Shown here piece by piece: positions 55,101 to 64,000 of a DNA stretch of 64,000 nucleotides. Position 1 is the stretch's first letter, and each line of letters starts with the position of its first letter. The notes beneath the pieces are model-generated. The model had not been told where the DNA came from. It searched no databases and saw only the letters and a program-made list of their open reading frames with translations. This stretch comes from Hydrolagus colliei (taxonomy: Eukaryota), in NCBI GenBank assembly GCA_035084275.1, contig CM068756.1:5084001-5148000 (forward strand), in the 5' to 3' direction. The position numbers and the translations under genes were made by a program.

Positions 55101-58100
55101 TGTGCACACCTGGCCTGGAGCAGGTAGGATTCGTGTTTTTATTCCTGCAATTTTTGTCACATTCCAGATTCCAGAACTCCGGACTTTTGGCTGTTCAACC
55201 TGTACACCGAAAATGTTGGCGCTAGGAACTGCTAGAAACTAAACTGATGGTAGCAGGGAAGCTCGGGTTGGGGCAACGTTCCAAATAGAGTAATATAGTT
55301 AAACTCTCACTTAACAAAATTTTCACTTAACGAAGGGGTTTAAAGTCCCTCCGTTAAGCGGGGTCTACCTGTATTCATTCCAGACTTAGACATATAGTAT
55401 ATGGAAATCTTATCTAAAACAGAAGTTGCTGGGAATTCTCAGCAGGTCAGGCGGCATCTAGGGAGAAAGGAAAGTGTGTCAACATTTTGGGCCCATCACC
55501 TTTCATCAGGAGATCTGACGAAGGGTCGTGCACCCAAAACGTTGACTCACTTTCCTTTCTCCCTAGGTGCTGCCTGACCTGCTGAGTGTTCCCAGTGATT
55601 TCTGTTTTTGTTTCAGATTTCCAGCATGTGCAGTATTTTGTGTTTCGGAGATCTTATCTGATTGCATTTCCAGATGAGAGCCACTCCACGTGGTGAAACA
55701 GTCGTACAATCCTTTCTAACATTCCCTGATTTAAAGGCCTTACTGTTGCCTAGTCACTGATGTTCCAATGTTTTACATGTTCTCCCCCCTACAATAACAA
55801 TACCTGGCAACTCAAAGTACAATAATTTGATTCATTGAGCCATTCCAAAATATCAGCCTCAAGCCAATAAGAATCAAATGATTCAGCTTTAAATTGAATT
55901 TCTTTGTGCAACCTGTTCAGCAGGAGGGAGACAGTTCCAATTTTCGCAGATCTGCTGAGTCAACGCATTGCATTGATCCATTTTTACCAACTCACTGGGT
56001 AGAGGAATTAATAAAGACTGTGGTTCAGAGCTGCTGATGTGGGTCTGTGGGGAAAAGCTGAGATATGAAGAATTTGACATGGAGTGGTTTGTTTTGATGA
56101 GATGCCACTGTTTTATATTCAAAATTCCTTTTCCCAGCCTTGATTTGTAAAATTACCATCTTCTGCTATTGTTTTACAAATGATCAATTGACAATCTTCG
56201 AAGAAGAAGCAGGAAACCGATTGGCCTTTCAGAAACCAAGGATTACAGACAAATGCTCCCTCGTCTGACAATATTCAAGGATACCGCTTGTTCAGAACTA
56301 TAATGTAGAAATCCTGACCAGAATACAAAAGATTTTGGTTAATAACTTTGAAGCTACCATGGTTTTACTGTTCTATTGAATTAGTGAGGAAAAAAATCAC
56401 ATTTTAACTTGGATCACAAAATACATCACCAAATCCACTGAATCTCATTGAATCAGAATTCTTTACTCATGTGTAAAAACTTCTGGATTTGTAAGCAAAT
56501 ACTGGAAGCAGTATAATAAACTGTCATTCTTAAGCTTTCTGTTCCTACATACGCTAACATTAAAATCTATTTGTTTTTCTTATTCCATTAACGAATTGAT
56601 GCTATCGTTCTCCTTACACACGTTACCTCAACACAATGTCAGGTGTTAATTTTATGTGATTGCTAGAAAGAGATATTGTTCATCCAAATGCTAGTGATTC
56701 AAGATAACCCAACAATCCTGTAGTTAACATGTATTCATATAGTTAATACACTTTAACACTTTTCATGCATTGTACAGTAGGATCTATGCTTAAGTAAAAC
56801 ATACGCAACCAGTTATCGAATGAGCATTTGTCAACCTGATTGGGTAAAATATCTCACTGCACATGACTGAACACTCCCCCCAGTGGCTGACCTCAACTCA
56901 AAACGCAGTCTTCATAATATCCTACTTGCTTAATGTGGCAACAAAAATTAGATACAAACTAGGAACATCACAAAATCCTAGTCATAACCTTTATTATACA
57001 AATGTATAGATATAACAACATGATAATCATGTTAGGGCTTGTTACGGACACGAATAAATACTATACTTGCAATAATTGTTTTGCTGATAAAGTATAGATG
57101 ACCCATTTATTGCACCCCTATCTTAACCAAGCTGTCTAAATCCTTCTTTGGAGAAATGGCATCTCGAATAATGCCATACTTTCCTAATATTGCATCAAAG
57201 TTTCCATTGATATCATGAGCCGAAGACTGAATACGGGGCTCAAAATAATAACCATCTGACCCAGAGTTAAGGGTGATGTCCCATTAGATCCTATCGTAGA
57301 AGTGATGGACAGAGACAGCAGAAAGGCACATACACAACAAAGGTTTGAACAAATCTTTAGCACTGCAATTTGCTGTATTATGTCACCGTCTTCCAATTTC
57401 CCTCCTATACATCCAGTATTCTATAAATTACAGAATCAGTTTGTACTATCTATGCTTATTAGAGTATGAACACCAACTAAACCGTGTATCTCCTACTGCA
57501 AATCAAAACTCTTTGGGGTTTTTAATTTTTGTTGTTGCTGATAATAATAATTATATCGCAAACTTGGTGGCTAATTGGAACATATCACTGATTCTGCATT
57601 CAGACCTTCAGCTGGCAAGTTCTTGCTGCAAATCCTTATTGTCCATCGCCCTAATAAGCTTCTCTCCTCAGGTCAACAGGTTTGTGACAAGTAAGTTATT
57701 GGCTAATACCTCTGCTTCATTTGATTAGTTTGTCTCTTGGAAGAGAATTCTATATCTTCTCATTTGCCATTGTAGGATTTTCTTGACTCAAAGAAACAAA
57801 ACACTGCTCTTTCAAGCCAAATCTAAAGGAAAAATGAACATAAATGGGACGTCAGTTAAAATTTCAGATACTGACAAGTTATCTGTTGTGGTTTGGGCTT
57901 CACTTCAGTGTGATTTTAACTCATAAATCAAAATGCTTTCAACTAGAATTAAAATCAAACCTGTGTGACTACCATTATGAAAGGCACGAGCAAGTTGGCA
58001 GTATTACTTACAAAAGCCAATGTTTTCACTGGAACAGAGAAAGTTGAGAGGAAACCTGATAGAGGTGTTCGAAATTATGCCAAGTAAAGGGGGAGAAATT

Positions 58101-60520
58101 ATTTGCACCGGTCAGCGTTTATGTAAAAGGCATAATTTTAACAGCATTACTATAGGTGGAATTTTGTTTGTAAGTTGTAAAATTCTACTTCCACAAAGTC
58201 ATCTGATGGAATCCATTGTGTTCTTTTTATTCCTCCTGAAAATGGGATTCTTCACCTTGAGTGACAAATATTTTTTTTTCTACAGATTGAAAACAGTTGA
58301 GATCTATTTCTTCTGACAGATGCTAAGGGTATTATGGCAGTCTCAATCCAAAATCCCACGAGATGCAAGACCATAGCAAAAACTTGCCAGGATCTCAGTC
58401 GCTTTTGAAAATAAATGCATGAATTAACACGCTGGAAACATGAACTGTTTCAGCTCATCAACAGATGCACACCCACATGAGACAGCTGCAAGCAGAAGCA
58501 AGTCTACTAATATTGAGAATAATGTTGTACACTGAACAGAAAACTTCATGTTAGACTGTTATATCAGTGCAGTGGCTCATTGAACCAGTGATACAAATTT
58601 TAATAATAATAGTAATCCTTGCATTTTGATATAGCGCCTTCGAGACTTTTTAAAGCCAAAATTGGGCCAAGTTATCATGCATACATTTATATTTGAACAG
58701 ACACAAAATAGACTTGCCCCCACCTCCACCAAATCAGACACCACAGGACCTATTACCGTTGCAAAAGCACTATGTGAATCAAAGTACCACTGTGCCTAAC
58801 TCGTTAATTTATCTGTGAAAAACATTTAAAAACAAGGAGATGCGAGATGAATTAATTCAACTTGTATCACAGCATTCCCTCAGCAAAGCAGGTGGATGAA
58901 CAGTTCACATCTGTTCTTTTCTCTCCTCCCTCCCCTTCCCCTCTCTCCTCACCTTGTTGGCCGCAGTTTTTATCAACAAATTTCCATATTTGCTTTGTCA
59001 GGTTATACATATCTCCTTATTGTAAAATTTGAGTGTGGATTCCATTTCAACAGTCTATTTATGGGATTTCCATGCGTAGGTGGGATACAGGGAAATCTCA
59101 GTTTGGTTTGGATACTCCTGAGCATGGTGATGGATTTCTGTATGTGTAAGATCAAAAAAAGTGATTTGGCAATTCACAGTAAAGGAAATGGCAAAAAAAA
59201 AATCAATGGAAAAACATAGCCTGCATGATAATTCGACAGCTGATCCTGAATGTTTCCTGTTGAACTTCCTGAATAATGTTTGAACTTAACCTTTGAGTAA
59301 ATAATGAGTAAGGGTCTTCACCACTACATTGTCCAGTGTCTATAAATAGAGGGGGAAGTTGAAAGCTTTAAAAAGAATTGTAATTCTTTTTTCATACATC
59401 TGTTGGGATGTATGCAGGTTATACACAAATCAGTAAAAAAAAGTGCCAGCTGTATACTATATTACTATACCAATATAATGAAGTAATGCAACTAATTTCA
59501 GTTTGGTGTGGAATCTGTTTTAATGGTTCCAGAACCCAGTAGACATTTTTACTTCCAGTCAAGGGCTTATAGGCTATCCCTTCCACTGCTGACACCTTCT
59601 ATCGTTCATATTTTCACAGGTTTAGGTCACCCATAAGATCCCTTGATTTGGTTATTTGCTTATCCGAATCCAATTGTTCTATGGGGCTCTGTAAACTACT
59701 GTATTCATTTGATCTGAGTTACCAGGTACATTTAGTGCTTCTTACCTGGACGCAGCGATCTCAGCTTTCTGTTTGGCGACAGCTACAGCTCTCTCTGCTG
59801 TTTCCACCGATCTGTCCACCTTGTCTCGGATCTTACTCGTCCGTAAAGGAATTAGGTTCTTCCTCTTCCCACTCACTAACACATTCTGTTTATATTTGCC
59901 TTCCTCTTTCGTACCATCTGGAAATGTTGTACATCCATAACCATGCCTCTTGTTGGTCAACCACTCCCCTTCGTATTTCAGGCCGTCTGATCGTTGGCTT
60001 GCCCCAAAACCAGAGCGTTTGTCATGCTTCCATTCTCCTATGTAGGTCTCTGTTGTTGTTGCATCTATGTCGTCTTCAATGACCGACAAATCTGTCTCGC
60101 CCTCACCCAAGCTCATGGTTGAGTTGATGTCGCTAGCAGTGGAACTGACTGTACTCATCCCAGCTTCACTTCGGAATGAGCTCTGTTTGCTTCTTTGGCT
60201 GGCCAAGGAATTTTTAGACTCAGACTTGCGGAGTTTCAGCCCACTCAGAAGAGACCGGCGAAAAATCCCTTTCTTCTTGTTTTTACCTGCAACGAGATCA
60301 GTGTCACTATGCATAGTGAGGACAAAGCCCCCTCTTGATCCTGCAGGGCTTCCGGCTGGAGTGTCTGGATGCATAGCTGTGCCATTACTGTGCTCACTTC
60401 TTAGAGAGTTAATAGAAGTCCTAAGTGGGGACCTGATAACAGCAGCAATTCCATAAGGGACACTCTGCCGAATACCATATCCATGCCGTATTCCTCCAAC
60501 CCACTGTCCCAGGTAGGTAC
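34050..60520 (-). CDS. JPH3: Junctophilin-3, coding exons 2-5 (5'-partial; exon 1 outside the window)
   Basis: Exons 60520-59746, 42143-42019, 37778-36898, 34130-34050; GT-AG introns with consistent phases. MORN repeats, helical region, divergent region and C-terminal TM segment are all present. Paralog assigned from [13 protein letters not shown], the TM sequence and adjacency to KLHDC4. Confidence 0.93.
35040..35730 (-). mobile_element. CR1 LINE 3' fragment (ORF2 C-terminus and 3'UTR)
   Basis: ORF 35307-35729 reads [59 protein letters not shown], typical of CR1 ORF2; ends in an (ATTCTATG)-like tail. Confidence 0.92.
36898..37778 (-). CDS. JPH3: JPH3 coding exon 4 (divergent region)
   Basis: gtcag|GTATT; [49 protein letters not shown]...SYKSNS; donor TCA|gtaagt; 881 nt; overlaps ORF 36883-37683. 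Confidence 0.93.
38305..38472 (+). mobile_element. 5'-truncated SINE of the same family
   Basis: Body and tail match the other copies. Confidence 0.8.
41190..41410 (-). mobile_element. L2 LINE 3' end
   Basis: Minus strand reads [11 protein letters not shown] (L2 ORF2 end motif), then CCTTGGGACGTCCTCC...TATATAAATGCAATTTG(TTG)n. Confidence 0.7.
42019..42143 (-). CDS. JPH3: JPH3 coding exon 3
   Basis: ctcgcag|GACA; [41 protein letters not shown](G); donor G|gtcagt; 125 nt. Confidence 0.93.
46373..46476 (-). mobile_element. SINE 3' fragment of the same family
   Basis: Reverse complement of the tail, TTGCATTTGATATAGCGCTTTTCACGTC. Confidence 0.8.
47335..47680 (+). mobile_element. Degraded L2 LINE ORF2 fragment
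   Basis: Translates to [14 protein letters not shown] and [20 protein letters not shown], both L2 ORF2 motifs. Confidence 0.75.
48515..48670 (-). mobile_element. 5'-truncated SINE of the same family
   Basis: Reverse complement of body and tail; very similar to 5684-5840. Confidence 0.82.
50958..51108 (+). mobile_element. 5'-truncated SINE of the same family
   Basis: ATCCACACTGTTTGTGGGATACTACTGTGCGTAATTGGCTACCGC...ATGCAAGGATTATT. Confidence 0.82.
51341..51452 (+). mobile_element. Probable one-ended hAT-type transposon fragment
   Basis: Starts TAGGG followed by clustered CGATAT/ATATCG subterminal motifs; CpG-rich against the background; no matching right end found. Confidence 0.5.
54418..55371. 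mobile_element. Tigger/pogo-like non-autonomous DNA transposon with an internal purine-rich tract
   Basis: 20-bp TIRs CAGGTAGACCCCGCTTA(C/A)CG; TA on both flanks; GA-rich low-complexity tract at about 54705-55040. Confidence 0.85.
55416..55646. mobile_element. Fold-back Penelope-like element remnant with a ~13-bp target-site duplication
   Basis: Inverted arms at 55416-55509 and 55515-55608; flanked by GGAAATCTTATCT and GGAGATCTTATCT; CTGAYGA cores at the centre. The class assignment is from memory of PLE terminal repeats. Confidence 0.7.
59746..60520 (-). CDS. JPH3: JPH3 coding exon 2 (MORN repeats and joining region)
   Basis: ttacag|GTACC; [24 protein letters not shown]...[15 protein letters not shown]...[15 protein letters not shown]...KQKAEIAAS(R); donor AG|gtaag; 775 nt. 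Confidence 0.95.
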
Positions 60521-61000
60521 CTGTAACCGAAAACAGATCACTTTAAAAATATTTATTACATTCATAGTAATCAATAAGTTTGCTGCCAAATATATTCACC
60601 ATCAGGATCTACGTGCACAAGACACCTACAAATTCATCACTGTCATCCGAAACCGACAGTAGAGATATTGAGTGATCCATCACAAATCTTTTGTTGACTC
60701 TTCCTCCCCTTCAAAACGGCACATTCATTATTGAATAACAGGCCAACCATAAGTATCTACATGCTTATGTTTGCAACAAATACCACAGCTATTCTGACTG
60801 AAATAGTTTAGATCACAAGAACAAGAGAGGCTGGGGTGAAGAGGGCTCTTTGTCTAATTTAATTGTATTCTTCTAATAGATAGAACTTGTGAGAGAGATG
60901 AGAAAGAATCTTTAATTTAAACCTTGGAATAATCGATGTGTTTGGAGAGTTCACGGTAAAGGAAGTGGCTGAGATTTTTGACAAACAAGTACAGTACTAT

Positions 61001-61153
61001 GGTTACCGCTCGATAGTCCAAAGGTTCGTCAGTCCGAAGCTTCCCCTAACCCTAACCCTAACCGTTGGACTAATGAACCTTCGGACTATCGCACCAAATG
61101 TTCGGATTAACAAACCTTATTTAATTGTCGGTTCGGACTATCGAACGGTAACC
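61001..61153. mobile_element. Short TIR element (MITE) with internal (CCCTAA)3
   Basis: TIRs GGTTACCGCTCGATAGTCCAAA and TTCGGACTATCGAACGGTAACC match at 20 of 22 positions; AT on both flanks; repeated TTCGGACTATCG motif. Confidence 0.75.
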
Positions 61154-64000
61154 ATGGTAACTGCCCCGGGTATAGGAAATTTGTATGTTCGGACTATCGA
61201 ACCTTCATACTATCGAGTGCCTCCCGTGCTATACATGCAATTTTATTGCATATCAGGCCTCTATTGTGAATTGGAACTCTTGAGATATGAGGCCAATTAA
61301 GCAGATCACAGTTGGAGAAAGAGTGTGACCTATATCACGTAGATTTCAAGATTTGTTTTTTAAAAAAAGTGATGTGAATAACAGCATCCACTCTTCCCAT
61401 TTGCTTAACGTCAAAATAATAACAGACTAATGTAGTCTTCAACATTATCCTTTTGATGTATGTCAGATAGTAAATACCGTGCAGGCTGGTAAAGTGACAT
61501 TCTGTAGCAAAACTGTGCAGCGCTGGGTGATCAATTAGAAGAAGTGGGAGACACTGTACTGTACTCTGAAGCCTCTCTGGAAATTACTTCCAATTAGATT
61601 TTATGGACATGTAATAATTTCCACAAATGCAAGTCTGCATCATTAACTTGTTTTGTACAACCATTACTGACGATTAGCTCTGACGAAGGAATTCACAGTG
61701 TACATTATTTAGCAAGGCCGTGTTTTTGTGCAGTCCACCATTGACTCACTTCTGTGCTTGCATTGGCACCCAGATGGACTAACTACCACGTAGATACACA
61801 GTAACTCCCCAAACTACAATTTTATCCATTGTCACAACTCCACTGAACATTGACCTGTTGTTTATCAGCACAGAACATTTTGTTCTGTAACTCTCACAAT
61901 AACTACTGGTTTGATATCTGCATATTGATCCATTTCCTCTTTGAAGAAGTTAACCAACTTTGCTGCTATTAGTTTGCTGGCAATGTGTCCCACATATCCA
62001 CTATAGAGTAGGGGAAGGAATCGAAATATTTTTTCAATCTCTAGTCGCTGATAATAATTTCTAGTCTTGGTTATTCAAGGAAAGTATTTATACTGAATGT
62101 GTGTGTGACTGCTATGTTGGACCTTGAATAAATATGGCTAGCATTTGGAGTAAAAGTTAATTGGTTGCACTCTGCTTTTTGTAAGATGAGTATTGTATAT
62201 ATACAGTATTTGGATCAATTATTTCCAATGAAAGCCATCTCAAATTCCAAATAACATTTGGAATTTTGCAAAAATACTGGAAACAAAGTGGGTGCAGAGC
62301 CTATTTTCTGAATTGAGTACTGTATTGCAAAATCATATTGCAAAATATTACCAAAGTGTTTGTGTGACCTGCACACGACAAAAAGAAACCACAGTACTTC
62401 CCCAGCTTTTTAAAATCAAACTCCTGAGTAAATAGGATAATATTATATCACCTCTTAATCTTTAGAAATCAGTGTTTAATATTGTTTGGGGAAGGAGAAT
62501 TTTAGTTGACTGAAAGAATTGTCTCTTGTTGTTTGAGAAAATAGTGTTTCCTGTGATGAGAACTGGGTGCTCTGTCTGTACAGTACTGTATTTAAAATTA
62601 ATTTTCCATTGAAGTAATAACAAGATAAACCCGTTTGTCATTTTTTTTCATCAACATATTGCTTCCAAGGCATATCTTCGGAACAGGATCTGAGCAGAAT
62701 AAATCTTGTGTAATTGAAAATAGTGTTCTTTTGCTGTACTGAGAATGTCTTGCGCACAGCATAAAGAATATGGGTCCTTCCGAACTACAGGCCCAGTTTG
62801 CAATGCAATTTAGAAAAATGTCTTACCGCTCCACTGTCGGCTATGGCTGTTTTTTAGGGTATCAATTTTCAGTCCTTTCGCTTATAAAGGATATTAAATT
62901 TCACCGCAAAGCCTGACCTAATTTGAGCTCATTTAGTCAGACTGCAGACTCACTGATTCTGCTCACACATGAGGAATGGTTCTTTGCACCAAGGGCTGGA
63001 AGGTAACTGTCTGATACTAGTCGAAACACTGCTAATATTTCACTGACTTTACATCAATTAACTTTAACTAACATTCCCCATTATTAAGTTGAATGAACAC
63101 ATGTTTGATTTTGCTTGACTTCCAAGTATTATAGCTAGATTTTTTAAGTGTTCAAAGCAATGTTGAAAAAGTTTGAATTTTCACAAACAGTCCAGCTGAG
63201 ATGAATATACTGTATTACACAAAACACATTTTGTCACAACAGATGTCATTGCCCTGGTAAAATAACACATTTACTGCATCTCAACTCCTGAGGCGCAGAA
63301 ATAATGGTGTTACAGGACCTTTCCAAAGCCTTTGCTAATACCAATTGGTATCCAGGCAGTAAAGAGTATATCATTGTTGCTAAATTTCTACCTTTGCTAT
63401 TTGCTGTGCACATTGGCTTAATCTAGGGTCACGTTTGATGACCTCGCCAATATCAACAGTTCATTGCTTACAACAGTAAAGTCTGAATTACAGCCAAGCT
63501 TGGGTTATGAACCTGAGTTTCCTGATCTATGGCACTCTACACAAATAATCAACAACATTGTACTCCTGGATCACAGCATGCTCACTCTTAAAGCATTCGG
63601 TTTAATACTGTTCCTTCTATATATTACAAAGAAGCAAACATTGTATCTTTTTGTTGGTTAAGTAATGCTTCCAGTAAACAGCCTAATACGCAATTATAAA
63701 GTAATTAATTACTCACTGAAAAAATACTGTCAATTTTGCTTCTGACGCTTTTAATATGTGTACAAATAATCCAGCTTCGAAAATTACCTTACCACCTCAA
63801 ACATAAGCATGAGTATATCATTTTCAGTAAGTAGGAATGGAAGGCAATTTGAAATATGATGACAGTTCTACCTTTTGGAAGTACTCCACTCAATTCACTT
63901 TCATTAAGAGAAAAATTTCGTTACATTTCAGTGGCAAAGAGTCCATGACACTATTTTAAAGAAGAGCAGGAGTTTCTCCTGGTGTTCTGGCCAATATTCC

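Noticed and set aside
54633-55242. Overlapping Pro/Leu-rich and Gly/Arg-rich ORFs
   Set aside because: Artefacts of the purine-rich low-complexity tract inside a MITE
59648-60456. Plus-strand ORFs of 144 and 129 aa
   Set aside because: Antisense shadows of JPH3 exon 2
60521-64000. JPH3 exon 1 and an HDL2-type CTG/CAG repeat
   Set aside because: No N-terminal MORN-coding exon or triplet array is visible; both would lie beyond the window edge

Overview
Vertebrate genomic DNA, probably from a cartilaginous fish (inferred from the repeat repertoire). It holds two convergent spliced genes. KLHDC4 (+) is complete: 11 coding exons, 7335-22927, 1743 nt = 580 aa plus stop, ending in a DUF4110-like exon. 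JPH3 (junctophilin-3, -) has coding exons 2-5 at 60520-34050; exon 1 lies beyond the window. The same tail-to-tail pair is known at human 16q24. The rest is intron or intergenic DNA with a tRNA-derived DeuSINE-type family, L2 and CR1 fragments, and Tc1/mariner(pogo)-type MITEs. The most unusual items are: a TSD-flanked fold-back element with two decayed hammerhead-like cores (Penelope-like), a perfect 35-bp hairpin in KLHDC4 intron 7, a G-rich minisatellite starting exactly at the KLHDC4 intron-1 donor, three CTCF-like motifs at the KLHDC4 promoter, and a TIR element carrying telomere-type repeats. I found no evidence of a new protein-coding system. Most ORF-track entries are chance ORFs, antisense shadows or repeat artefacts. 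Comparisons with human genes and repeat families are from memory, not database searches.
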